From a virus (lineage: Duplodnaviria; Caudoviricetes), in the IMG/VR virus record IMGVR_UViG_3300050014_000315, positions 1 through 63,743 of that record: a DNA stretch of 63,743 nt, one strand, 5' to 3'. Made by a program: the position numbers and the translations under genes. Below are positions 9,253 through 19,027 of this stretch, one piece after another; positions within the stretch are counted from its first letter, which is position 1, and each line of letters opens with the position of its first letter. The notes beneath the pieces were generated by a model. That model did no database searches and was not told the origin of the DNA. It worked only from the letters and a program-made list of their open reading frames with translations.

Positions 9253-10650
9253 CTACCGAGCCAGAAGCGCGGCGGTGATAACCAACCCGGCCACCTGGGA
9301 AGTCGTACCAGCAGGCTTGGTGCTCAAGCGGTCTCCCTTTAGTAGGAACCGATTACCGAGTACGGCCAATGTCGCCACCTGGGTGGTTCGGACCGTGGAC
9401 TTCAGGTTGAACGCTCCGGTTGTGACTGACACGCCAGATCCAGGGGCCGTCGTGCCGCTGTCCGCCGTGACATCGATGGTAACGCCGCCTCCGTCATTGG
9501 CGATGACATCGTAGTTGGCGCGCAGATCCAGAATCTCGTAGGTCCGGTCGGCAATAAAGAATGCCGCTGCCGCTAGGCCAGTGAGGTCGCTCTGCCCTAC
9601 CACATGATGCTTCGCGTAGGTGATTTCCTTGCGCCCTTGCTGGTCTTCGGCCACGGTGATTGTGACGACCAAACCAACCAGCGCGGCAAAAGTGGCGCCG
9701 CTAAACGCGATAGACAAACGATCCCCTGTCGCCAGACGGAGTGTCGCCGCAGTTGCGGTGAGTGTACCGGGATAGACGACGTTTGCGGTCTGTGTCAGCA
9801 GAATTCCGACGTTCGTGTTGTCAGAAAGTAGGGATGTTCCGCCGCCGGCTGCCGTAGTCCCTGTATCCTTCGTGACGGTGAGTTTCACGCCAGCCGTGCT
9901 GGATTTCGTAGACCACCGCATGTCGATGCCGGTGACAACGTATGCGCGATTGGCGACAAACACGTACTGGTTCTGCACCAGGTCCGCATTCGCCTTCACA
10001 CTGTAGTTGACTGACCGGCAGACCCCGCCAGGAGCGAGGCTGATAGTTACGGACACGCCAGCCAGGGAAGTAGTCGTACCAGCTATCACGATGCCCAGAG
10101 AATCGCCCTTCGCTAGTTGCAGATCCACGGCGTCGCTGTCTCCGGTACCCGTGGCTGCCAGCGTAGCCGCCGTCACAGTCGCATTGGCGATGGCGTGCAG
10201 ATCAAACGTCCCGCTCATCAGCGAAGTACCGGAACCCGGCGCGGTGCCAGAAGGGCACTTCTCCACGTAGGCCGTGCCCGACACGGAACTCTGCGTTTTA
10301 TGGAACCAGTCGATGCCCACGACGCGGTACGGCTGATCCGCGATGAAAAACAGTTGGGTGGTGATCGAAGCGGCATCTTCGAGGGGGAATGTGATGGACT
10401 TCCGGTCGTAATTCGCCGCCGATTCAGCTAGCAAGATCCGGTTGTTGGCGTCTACGCTCAAAGCGCGAATATCATCGGTGTTGGCGGCGTTCCTCCACCG
10501 TTCCTCAAATGTATTATCCTTGGCAAAAGACGGGATAGTCCCCGAGTATTTGGTGGACGCGGGGTTGTTTCTCAGGCCGGAGCGCTCCAGAAACGGAGCG
10601 CGAATAGCCGCTGTGAGATTCTGGATCGTAGTGTTGCGACTCATTGTCAT
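9253..10650 (-). CDS. Virion structural protein with three tandem beta-sandwich repeats (decoration/cement-like)
   Basis: 465 aa; three units FF(I/V)A..Y.V...GT..G.G.S...L..GD.L. Confidence 0.55.
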   Translation of the reverse strand: MTMSRNTTIQNLTAAIRAPFLERSGLRNNPASTKYSGTIPSFAKDNTFEERWRNAANTDDIRALSVDANNRILLAESAANYDRKSITFPLEDAASITTQLFFIADQPYRVVGIDWFHKTQSSVSGTAYVEKCPSGTAPGSGTSLMSGTFDLHAIANATVTAATLAATGTGDSDAVDLQLAKGDSLGIVIAGTTTSLAGVSVTISLAPGGVCRSVNYSVKANADLVQNQYVFVANRAYVVTGIDMRWSTKSSTAGVKLTVTKDTGTTAAGGGTSLLSDNTNVGILLTQTANVVYPGTLTATAATLRLATGDRLSIAFSGATFAALVGLVVTITVAEDQQGRKEITYAKHHVVGQSDLTGLAAAAFFIADRTYEILDLRANYDVIANDGGGVTIDVTADSGTTAPGSGVSVTTGAFNLKSTVRTTQVATLAVLGNRFLLKGDRLSTKPAGTTSQVAGLVITAALLAR

Positions 10651-10704
10651 TCTCTCCTTTGGTGATGGTTGATGTCGGAAGCGCCGGTAAAGGCATTTCG
10701 GGGA

Positions 10705-11640
10705 TTACAGTAGATAATTCACGTCCTGATTGACGCGTAATCGATATGGGGGACGCTGCGTCGGAGTGCATTGAAGAGCGCGCACGCCAGTCTGAAGTAG
10801 TTCGCGCAGAATACCACCCGTAGCGTCAGCTTGCATAGTTGGGCCAAGAGCCATCGTATTGAGTTCCGATGCTCGATCACGAGCACCCCTGGATGACGCA
10901 GCAAGCCCCGCTGTGCGAATGGCAAGGAAATCAATGCTGTCATCGATGCCCGTCGTGTCGGTAGAGCCAGACACCGTCGCTGCGCTAGAGATGTACACGA
11001 TACGCAGTTCGCGGATTCCCGAGCACGGGGGAAAGCGTAGGGAGTCTTCTTCCCACGACACACTCCCCAATACCGGGTTGGAGTTGCTCACCTGTTCGAT
11101 ACGGTTTACCTGCGTCAGTGGAACGAACTGATCGCCTGATTTGGTAGCTGTACCCGTGGCCGCCGTGTACGTCCCGATTCCCACCGCTCCATTCAGCAGG
11201 AAGGTGGACGGGTCCGAATACGTGACGGCAAACATGCCGTTGGCCCCGACGATTCCGAGTATGCCGAAGACCACCGCCTGATCGCCGTTGATGAACGGAT
11301 GCCCCGCTGCCGTGACGGTGATAAATCCAGAACCAGACGCGGCGTTTGTGATCGCCACGCTGGTCAGATTTCCGCGCTCTTCAACCGCCTCGATCTCCCC
11401 GAGGTCCGTGATGCCTGCCGTCGCTGGGCTGAGGAAGCTTGTATTCGCGGGAAGGTCATAGAATACCGTCCGCTGAACGCGCGGATTGGCGACTCCCTGC
11501 ATGGCGCGGTAGAGTTCCCTCAGAGACATCTGGAAAGGCTGCTCCAGCGCCGTATTGGTGAAATCCTGCCCACCGGCAACGAGATCGTCACCGAGGTAGA
11601 ACCGCGCAGCATCCAACACCATTTGTTTCGTCGGGACCAT
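10705..11640 (-). CDS. Head-tail adaptor-like protein with inserted FCCH-like beta module
   Basis: ATG at 11640; position between head genes and nozzle; ITVTAAGHPFINGDQAVVFG. Confidence 0.5.
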   Translation of the reverse strand: MVPTKQMVLDAARFYLGDDLVAGGQDFTNTALEQPFQMSLRELYRAMQGVANPRVQRTVFYDLPANTSFLSPATAGITDLGEIEAVEERGNLTSVAITNAASGSGFITVTAAGHPFINGDQAVVFGILGIVGANGMFAVTYSDPSTFLLNGAVGIGTYTAATGTATKSGDQFVPLTQVNRIEQVSNSNPVLGSVSWEEDSLRFPPCSGIRELRIVYISSAATVSGSTDTTGIDDSIDFLAIRTAGLAASSRGARDRASELNTMALGPTMQADATGGILRELLQTGVRALQCTPTQRPPYRLRVNQDVNYLL

Positions 11641-11647
11641 GTGAGCT

Positions 11648-12442
11648 TTACGCCGCCTTAGACGCCTTCTTCGCCGTGATCCGGTTCTCAAGGAACGCGA
11701 ACGCAGCGGGGTCTTCCAGCTTCTCCGGGATGAGGTCGTGCTTTACGTAGAAGTCCACCAGATCTACGCCGCACTCCTTGCAGACAAGCGCCTGAGCGCG
11801 GATCTGCTCACCGCAAGCGCGGCAAGCTTTCAATTCCACCTGCTCGATTTTGGGAACCCACGGAAGGTTGTTTGCCCCGAGCCATAGCGCCATTGATCGG
11901 TGCAGGTCGCTGATGTTTTTCACTTCCTGCTTGGCGTACATGACCGTGGCAGAGTTGATGAGGGCGAGCGCATACGCGGTCTGCCGGCGTCGCACTTCTG
12001 CCAATTCCTCGGCGGTCGGAACGTCCCCTGCGATGACCGTCACGCCAGGCCCCATATTTCCGTTACCCTCCACCACATCGGACGCCCAAGCGGTTACCAG
12101 CGTGCGCGCCACTTCGAGAGCGGAAAGCGGATGCGGGATAAACCTTTCTCCGTCCTGGGTGAAGTCGCGGCTCCACGTAAACGTATCGTACAGGCGGATG
12201 AGCGTGTGACCCTGGTTCACCTCGCACGGCGATTCATGATCCCGGAACAGCGGTTCCGTGGCGGGTACGCGCCCCGGATTGGAAGTACTCATGCGCTCCG
12301 GGTTGTACTCGCGGACGATAATCGCATCCCGCTTCGCTGCCGGATGCTGATAGGTGATGAGTCCGTTGTGCCTCGCGTAGTGCTCCACCGCGATGGGATA
12401 AACGGATAGGATCGTTCTACTGTTCGGGATGATGGTCGGCAT
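11648..12442 (-). CDS. Hypothetical protein with C-terminal zinc ribbon
   Basis: 264 aa; CRAC...CKEC. Confidence 0.6.
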   Translation of the reverse strand: MPTIIPNSRTILSVYPIAVEHYARHNGLITYQHPAAKRDAIIVREYNPERMSTSNPGRVPATEPLFRDHESPCEVNQGHTLIRLYDTFTWSRDFTQDGERFIPHPLSALEVARTLVTAWASDVVEGNGNMGPGVTVIAGDVPTAEELAEVRRRQTAYALALINSATVMYAKQEVKNISDLHRSMALWLGANNLPWVPKIEQVELKACRACGEQIRAQALVCKECGVDLVDFYVKHDLIPEKLEDPAAFAFLENRITAKKASKAA

Positions 12443-13019
12443 TTGCTTCCTTTGTGCCCCAACTGGGGTAGCTGATTGAATCTTTCGTGCCCTCGACGTG
12501 ATCGTATGTCGTAAGATCGTTCCTGATCCGGTCGTACATATTCGCCTTGCTGCGGGCTTCCTTCTTTTCGATGGTTTCGGTTGCGCGTCGCTCTACCTCT
12601 TCTGGGGTAACGCTGCGCTGTTTTCTGATCTCATCGATTGCGGCGGTAGTGAGTTCAATGCAAGGCTCCATACCAGGGTCCAAAACAACCGTCGTCGGGT
12701 AATACTGCCCAACGCGCGGCCATTCCAGGCTGTATCCGAAGTGCTTGCGCCACTCGCTTTCAGACGGAGATTCGATGAAATGGCACAGTATCCACTGGTG
12801 ATCCGCCACTAGGCACATCTTGCGAAGCGCGTACACGGGCCATGCTACGATCAGCCCAGTGTCCGGTTCCGCTTTGTAGTCGAACTTCCCGACAATCCGC
12901 ATCGGGTGGAGCATGGACGGGTCTTCTGACCACACCCACTTATAGAGCCCTTGCCCTGTTGCGACGCGCCCTAGATCTTGAGCGAGCCGGGTGTTCAGTT
13001 TTCGGATGTCATTGGTCAT
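12417..13019 (-). CDS. Hypothetical late protein
   Basis: Operon position; ATG at 13019 after the capsid terminator. Confidence 0.6.
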   Translation of the reverse strand: MTNDIRKLNTRLAQDLGRVATGQGLYKWVWSEDPSMLHPMRIVGKFDYKAEPDTGLIVAWPVYALRKMCLVADHQWILCHFIESPSESEWRKHFGYSLEWPRVGQYYPTTVVLDPGMEPCIELTTAAIDEIRKQRSVTPEEVERRATETIEKKEARSKANMYDRIRNDLTTYDHVEGTKDSISYPSWGTKEANADHHPEQ

Positions 13020-13030
13020 ATAGTGTGCGG

Positions 13031-13061
13031 AAAACGGGGCCGCGGGTTTGAGCACGGCCCC
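13031..13061 (-). terminator. Intrinsic terminator after major capsid gene
   Basis: GGGGCCGTG-CTCAAACC-CGCGGCCCC-GTTTT on minus strand. Confidence 0.7.
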
Positions 13062-13092
13062 AGGGTGGACGTGGACGGAGGAAAATCAGCGA

Positions 13093-14400
13093 TTAATAGC
13101 CCGACGGTAGTGTGACATTTGAGATGTAGAAATTTGCTCCGGGGTCAAAGCAGACGAAATCATACGCCTGTTTGATAATGAAGTGGCGAGCGGCCTTGAG
13201 GTTGCCGGTGCTCATGCGGGACTCGAACACAGTTTTGCCGCCGACATCATGGAACTTGGTGTCGAACAACTGCGCGCGGCCCCAGACCTTCGGGTTGGTG
13301 AAGTCGAAGCGGCTGCGGTCCTGCCGTTTGGAAAGGTGGCAGGTGATGCCGCAGTAGTCGAAGGTTTCCTCATAGCCGATGTTGCTGGGCATGAGGTCAG
13401 TGGACTTCTGGGCCTTGTCGGTGCGGAAGATGGTATTCAGCGCAATACCGAGCGAATGGACGGAGGCGCGCTGGCTCATGTGGGCGATTCCGATTAGTCC
13501 CTTGACCACGGACGCATCGCGGCGGGCGATAATCCCGTCGAGACCGAGCAGCCCGTGCTGGAAGGTCAGCGAACTGGAAGCGTTGATAACGGTTGGCACC
13601 AACTGAGGGATGGTGCTCTTCAATTGACCGAGGTAGTAATTCGTGGTGGTGGCGTCGTTCGCATAGTACAGACCGTGGCGGAAACTGTCGCCCGTAAGCG
13701 GGGCAGTCAGGTTGGCGAACGTCAGGATGTCGGTCGTCGCGCCGTCAGTGATCGTGCCATTGAAATAGACGACCTTGTTGGTGTAGTCAATGTGGTCGAT
13801 TTGCAGCGGGATCACACTGGTAACGCGCTTTGTGGTACCGAGCGTATCGAACACGCTGACCACCATTCCCTCGCGGAGTTTGCCGATACCGAGGTAATCG
13901 GTGGCTCCAGCGAACGTCATGGAATCGCCGCCGGACCATGCGCCGGACGAATACAGGCTGGAGGAATTGGTCAACTTGCCGCTTCCGTCGCCGTGGAATG
14001 CGATGTCGTCGTAGACCTTCATTTCATCCATCGCCTCGTTCAACTGCTTGGCGAAGACGTTCACGACAGCTTGGCCGGGCTTGCTGGTGGTGTCGATGGA
14101 CTCTTCGGACACCTCAACCACATAATCCGAGTAGATGTAGCCTGCCGTGAGCTTGTTGATCTTCATTCCCGACCCGGAACCCATGTCCCCGGCGTCCGCG
14201 TTGTACTTCTGGTAGGAACCACCACGGAACAACCGGATGGGGATGCGGTAGAGCTTCTGGGAAATGGTTTCGACCTCGCCGCCTTTGCCGATGAGGCCGG
14301 AAATCTGATCCGAGGACTCAAAATAGTCCTGGAGTTTGTTGCGTACCTTCTCGATGTTCGCTTCTAGCGAAGATGCTTTCAACGCTACGTTGTCAGCCAT
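13093..14400 (-). CDS. Major capsid protein
   Basis: 435 aa after scaffold; strong RBS AGGAG; FHGDGSG motif; followed by terminator. Confidence 0.85.
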   Translation of the reverse strand: MADNVALKASSLEANIEKVRNKLQDYFESSDQISGLIGKGGEVETISQKLYRIPIRLFRGGSYQKYNADAGDMGSGSGMKINKLTAGYIYSDYVVEVSEESIDTTSKPGQAVVNVFAKQLNEAMDEMKVYDDIAFHGDGSGKLTNSSSLYSSGAWSGGDSMTFAGATDYLGIGKLREGMVVSVFDTLGTTKRVTSVIPLQIDHIDYTNKVVYFNGTITDGATTDILTFANLTAPLTGDSFRHGLYYANDATTTNYYLGQLKSTIPQLVPTVINASSSLTFQHGLLGLDGIIARRDASVVKGLIGIAHMSQRASVHSLGIALNTIFRTDKAQKSTDLMPSNIGYEETFDYCGITCHLSKRQDRSRFDFTNPKVWGRAQLFDTKFHDVGGKTVFESRMSTGNLKAARHFIIKQAYDFVCFDPGANFYISNVTLPSGY

Positions 14401-14439
14401 GATGAATTCTCCTGATGTTGGAAGTTGTCAGGAACGCCG

Positions 14440-15762
14440 TTAAGCCTGCATATCCGCTGCAATCCGCCGGAAATTGAAATCACTCAGAGTCTCGCCTGGA
14501 TTCCGCTTGAGTTCAGGAATGATGGACTGGGCGCGCGGCGCGCCGCCGGATGCCGGGCCAACTTTGGCCGCTCCCTTTGCTAAAGCTACGTGCCGTGCAT
14601 CGGACGCAGCCTTGATGCCCTTACTCGCTTCCGCAATAAACTTTCCACGGATCGTGTGGATTGCTTGTCGCGTCATATTCGTCCAAATGGAGACGATAGC
14701 CTGTTTATCCGCAGGCGACTGCGTGCGTTTGGCTTTCTCCACTGCCAGATCGTACTGGCGGCGGCCCGCGGAGTTCTTATTCAATGCCTCCTGGCACTGA
14801 TCTACGAACGCCTTGCGAACCGAATTAAATGTCAAATCGTTGGGATAGTGCTGTTTCAATGGCGCGAGTACTTTATCGACATCTGCCGATGTGCCCGCGT
14901 TGATCTCTTGGATTGCCGACTGGTAGAAGCCGTTCCACTTGGCTTCCGTCGTCTGCTTGTTGATCCCCTGCAACTGGGCGCGGGCTTCAGCCAACTGGCG
15001 TACCGTCTCATTCGGTGCCGGAGTCCCCTTGCCCTGCCGCATCAACTGCTGAATCTGTTCGTCGCTTCGATAGGAACCGGGCTGCGCATCGGGTCCGCCG
15101 GCCAGCCACCATTCCATCGCCCGCGCGTTATCGAGCACGTACTTTTGGATATTGGCATCTTCAAATTGTGAGCCACGCTGATACATCCAGTCGATGGCAC
15201 GCTGCAATACCGGGGTAGCGACCGCCTGATATGCCTGTGGATTCGCTTTGGCGAGATAGTCGGGCAATTGCGCCGCGACCGTCTTCATCCCATCGGGAGA
15301 GAACGTGTTCCAATTATGGATGAACTGCTGCGCGTTCTCCGGGTCGGCGGAAGAGAAATCGTGCTCCATCGCGAGTCGGTCGGAGTATGCCGTCTGCATC
15401 CCAGCCACTTCTTCGATGGGAGGGAAGAGCGAGATGTCCACGCGGCCGTCTTCACCCACGATGCCGAGGGCTTTACCGAGTTCGCGGGCATATTTGTACC
15501 CGCTGTGAACCGTTTTCCAGCGGGAGTCCGTCAGATTCTCGATCTCCGGCTTTTCGTCTTCGGAAGGCTCGGGCGGAGTTGCGTTGGGGTCCGTTTCTTC
15601 TTCGGGTGCGATGGCATCCGGTACCTCTATCGGCGCATCGTCGCCATCCGGGATATCGTTCACTTCTGCCGTGGTTTCAGCTGAAATCGGCGGCGCTTCC
15701 GGGGTCGCTGGCGCATCTGGCGCAGCGAGATCGGCGGAGATCATATCGAGTGTATCGGCCAT
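14440..15762 (-). CDS. Capsid scaffolding protein
   Basis: 440 aa; acidic disordered N-terminus then helical; between portal and capsid. Confidence 0.65.
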   Translation of the reverse strand: MADTLDMISADLAAPDAPATPEAPPISAETTAEVNDIPDGDDAPIEVPDAIAPEEETDPNATPPEPSEDEKPEIENLTDSRWKTVHSGYKYARELGKALGIVGEDGRVDISLFPPIEEVAGMQTAYSDRLAMEHDFSSADPENAQQFIHNWNTFSPDGMKTVAAQLPDYLAKANPQAYQAVATPVLQRAIDWMYQRGSQFEDANIQKYVLDNARAMEWWLAGGPDAQPGSYRSDEQIQQLMRQGKGTPAPNETVRQLAEARAQLQGINKQTTEAKWNGFYQSAIQEINAGTSADVDKVLAPLKQHYPNDLTFNSVRKAFVDQCQEALNKNSAGRRQYDLAVEKAKRTQSPADKQAIVSIWTNMTRQAIHTIRGKFIAEASKGIKAASDARHVALAKGAAKVGPASGGAPRAQSIIPELKRNPGETLSDFNFRRIAADMQA

Positions 15763-15801
15763 ACTGTTTTGGTGGTTCCTTTCCCCATCTGGGGCGGTGA
15801 T

Positions 15802-18183
15802 TTACGCTTGCTGCCCATTTGCCGCCATCTGGGGCGGATGGGCCAATTTCGGCAGGTTGTTTTGGCCTGGGAAGGGTAGAACATTATGCCCTTCCGGGGC
15901 CGGCGGATGGCCCGTGGGAGCCCCAGACGGTCCTTGGTGCTGTCCTGGAGCCGGAGGCCCATCGGCAGGCGCTGGAGTGGCCGGAATACCCGGAGCGCCC
16001 GCATCTGGAGGCGGTGGCATCGTCAAATCGAGATGCGCCATGCCCCAGGCGACTACATTGCTGTATCCATCCGGTTTGGTGTCCTTTGCAATCCTCCCTG
16101 GATCGCTCTGGCACCATTCTTTGACGATTTGCGCCGAAAGCGCATGATCGTCTTCGAAAATGTCGATAGGCACGCTGGGATCTACCTTCCCCGTGGCCGG
16201 GTCATGTATGGGAGACGACTGGAGAAGCTCTCCGATGACCTTGTAGACCTTATCGCGGTTGTCGAGGTTCGGAAGTACCCATCCGTCCATGCCAAGTACC
16301 TGCTGGATCTGCGGAAGATTGTTGGGGTGCTGTAATCCGAGCATCCCCCAGACCGCTGGGCCTTTGTCAAGCAAACTCATGAAGAAGTCGCGCCGTTGAT
16401 TCCATGGAATCGGCATCTGCTCTTCGGTTTCGCAATGGAACTCTCCGGTTTCAAGTTCCGCGAGACTCGCAAGCTGCGATCCCTCTCCCTCATCTGCCGC
16501 TCCGTGCGCCGCGCCATACTTGGCGAACAGGCGTATGCCATTTTCGATGGATTTCGCCCAAAAAGAGCGCATTTCAGACCAAACCAAGCTCCATTGCATG
16601 AGCGCCTGGTTGCGGTCAAGTTCCGCCTGGTGCGCCGTCTTCTGCGGGCCGCCCGCTCCGCCAAAAACCGATGGAAGCGCGCCGCTGATCTCGCGGCCTG
16701 TTTCCCAGAGTGCATCGGTCCAGCGCCCGACTTCGGTATTCAACTCGGAAACGGGTGCCTTCCAGATGGAATTCTGGAGTTGCTGCCCTACTCCTGCTTT
16801 CGCCGGCACACCCTCACCCGGCAATAGCGCATGTTTCCGCATCTGCGCGGGGTCAAGTACCTGCGGGTCGAACAGAAACCACGGGATTGACCGTTCCGCC
16901 GTCTCCACGGCGATATTGTGCATGTCATTCGTGATGTCCTGAATACCAATGAGGTCAGCACAGATAGGATCGGCGTAGATGTACTCCGAAACATCCGGCT
17001 TGCAGTGCGTCCAATGGTCCTGGATGCGTTCTTCCTCAATATCCACGATCTCCCCGAGCACGATGGTCAGTTTCGCGCCGGTCGGGAAGTTCTCTACGAG
17101 CATCTGGCGGTTCTGATCGCTCTTAACCAACTCGTACATCAGCGGATGGAGCCAAATGCGCGTGTACAGCGTCCGATTCTTACGGCTCGTGCTCTGAAGG
17201 CTCATCGGAGACGCGGCGGTATCGCGCGCAATCGTCCCCTGAGTGGCTGCATTGCCTCCGGTCGTCCCAGAAGATGTGAACCCGCCGTCATCCTTCAGCT
17301 TTTCGCGCAACTGAGGATAGAGCTTGAGGATGCGCCCCGTGTGCTCATCGTATTCGTAGAGCAACCATGGCAATTCTTCGATGGATTTCACGTAGAACGG
17401 CGTGGTCACTTCAAACACCGTCGCCAGTGCGAATTCCACGGCACCTTTGGGGTACGACTTACTCCCAGTGACCGTGGGCACTTGATCGTTCTGGGGCGGC
17501 GTGTATTCGTCTTCGGTCAGTTCTGCGCCGCACTGCGGGCAGGTTCCGGTTGATTCTGGCTCTGGAGTGTCCGTCCCGCATTGCATACAATGGAACGAGC
17601 CCGGCTCGCCCTGCTGGTCCTTCAATTCATATACGGGCTCATCCGTCGTACCGTACTTCTCGGCATCCGCGACGTAAGTCTGATACCCAAATGTGGTGCT
17701 GATCTTCCAGAGGTTGCTAGCAAGCTGCCGCTGCTGCCGGTCCACTTCCCAATCGAAGTAGAAGCGGCGCGCCTCAATGTCCGCTCGCCGGGCGATGCGG
17801 ATAGCCTCTTCGTCGTCTGAACGATTCGGCATACATTTGACGGTCGGCGCGCGCTGTCCTAGAATTGCGACGAACTTCTTGCGATCACCGCGTAGGCGGT
17901 TTATTACATTGTCATATCTTCCGCGCGTCGTGCTCTGATCGCTGTACTTCGTGTTGCCAAGCGGAGTCCAGTCTGCAATCTGCCCGGAAACCATCTGGGG
18001 GACTAGATACTGACGGCCTTTGTCGTAGAGGACGTTTTTCTTTGCTTGCGCGTATTGGTAGACCTTCTCAACATCGATATCGCCACGAACATCGGACGCT
18101 ACGAGATTCATCAGGTCGTCTTTCAACGTGCCGATGATCTGCTCTTTGCTGGGTGCGGGTTGTGCGGCGCCGAGTTCTACCAT
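15802..18183 (-). CDS. Portal protein
   Basis: 793 aa downstream of terL; P22-like size and Pro/Gln tail; internal CxxC-CxxC insert. Confidence 0.85.
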   Translation of the reverse strand: MVELGAAQPAPSKEQIIGTLKDDLMNLVASDVRGDIDVEKVYQYAQAKKNVLYDKGRQYLVPQMVSGQIADWTPLGNTKYSDQSTTRGRYDNVINRLRGDRKKFVAILGQRAPTVKCMPNRSDDEEAIRIARRADIEARRFYFDWEVDRQQRQLASNLWKISTTFGYQTYVADAEKYGTTDEPVYELKDQQGEPGSFHCMQCGTDTPEPESTGTCPQCGAELTEDEYTPPQNDQVPTVTGSKSYPKGAVEFALATVFEVTTPFYVKSIEELPWLLYEYDEHTGRILKLYPQLREKLKDDGGFTSSGTTGGNAATQGTIARDTAASPMSLQSTSRKNRTLYTRIWLHPLMYELVKSDQNRQMLVENFPTGAKLTIVLGEIVDIEEERIQDHWTHCKPDVSEYIYADPICADLIGIQDITNDMHNIAVETAERSIPWFLFDPQVLDPAQMRKHALLPGEGVPAKAGVGQQLQNSIWKAPVSELNTEVGRWTDALWETGREISGALPSVFGGAGGPQKTAHQAELDRNQALMQWSLVWSEMRSFWAKSIENGIRLFAKYGAAHGAADEGEGSQLASLAELETGEFHCETEEQMPIPWNQRRDFFMSLLDKGPAVWGMLGLQHPNNLPQIQQVLGMDGWVLPNLDNRDKVYKVIGELLQSSPIHDPATGKVDPSVPIDIFEDDHALSAQIVKEWCQSDPGRIAKDTKPDGYSNVVAWGMAHLDLTMPPPPDAGAPGIPATPAPADGPPAPGQHQGPSGAPTGHPPAPEGHNVLPFPGQNNLPKLAHPPQMAANGQQA

Positions 18184-18186
18184 ATC

Positions 18187-18621
18187 CTACTGTGATTTAC
18201 CGCTGGGGTTATTCCCTTCCATGCCGCCCGCATATTGCGCGTAGAACGCCCGTGTTTCAGCCTCAACTTCAAGCCGCGCCTGCGACCGGGGACGTTCGAT
18301 AATCTCCGGCGCCTGCGAATATTCGGGAAGCGTCGGGGCGCCTGAGTAGATCTTGTGCCCGAATTGCATTTGCGCGAGGAAATCGGCAACCAACTCCGTA
18401 GAGTGGACGGTCTTTCCGCGCGCTTCCGCGAGTTCCGTCAGGATACGTTCATTCTCGGCTTCGAGGTATCGAACACGATCTTGCGCCTTGATCTTTGCTG
18501 AGTTTTCCGCTTGGATTTCCGCATTGTGAACCTCTCGCAACTGCTGCTCAGAGCGCGCCGCGTGCTGGAGCTGTGATTCCAGTTCGCGGAAAGCCGAGAA
18601 TAGCCTAAGAAACCATGGCAC
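18187..18621 (-). CDS. Hypothetical coiled-coil protein
   Basis: 144 aa; tight operon spacing. Confidence 0.6.
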   Translation of the reverse strand: MPWFLRLFSAFRELESQLQHAARSEQQLREVHNAEIQAENSAKIKAQDRVRYLEAENERILTELAEARGKTVHSTELVADFLAQMQFGHKIYSGAPTLPEYSQAPEIIERPRSQARLEVEAETRAFYAQYAGGMEGNNPSGKSQ

Positions 18622-18622
18622 T

Positions 18623-19018
18623 CTACTGCTCCATCCCTTCGCCCATATCAGCGCCCATCCCGCCGGCGGGCTCCACGGATTCTTGGCCTTCGCTCAATGC
18701 CCTACCGAGGGCGCTCAGGAAGGCACCAGCGGCTTCGCGCGCCTTGGATGGGTCATGGATACCAACCGATGCGCCAGCGGCTTCAATCTCCTGGAGCATC
18801 TTCGCGCCGCTCTCTTCCTGCGCCTCATACTCCGGCGTTTCCGCCGCTTCATGCTCGGGGGTGGGGGACATCCCCGGCGTGGGCTTCTTCGGGCGGCCGC
18901 CTACGCCGATGACAACCGCAAGGTCCGGCTTCTTCGCCGGACCGCCAAATGGCGGTGGCGGGGTCGAGCGTTTCCGGGGGCCTGCGCCCACGCCGAGATT
19001 GCTGAACTTGGGACTCAT
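18623..19018 (-). CDS. Hypothetical protein
   Basis: 131 aa; RBS AGGAG; basic then acidic halves. Confidence 0.6.
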   Translation of the reverse strand: MSPKFSNLGVGAGPRKRSTPPPPFGGPAKKPDLAVVIGVGGRPKKPTPGMSPTPEHEAAETPEYEAQEESGAKMLQEIEAAGASVGIHDPSKAREAAGAFLSALGRALSEGQESVEPAGGMGADMGEGMEQ

Positions 19019-19027
19019 AGATTTCTC

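Noticed and set aside
13555-14367. Long antisense ORFs (also 29546-30496, 3072-3749, and the 5' part of 55211-55939)
   Set aside because: Shadows of GC-rich genuine genes, without RBS or motifs
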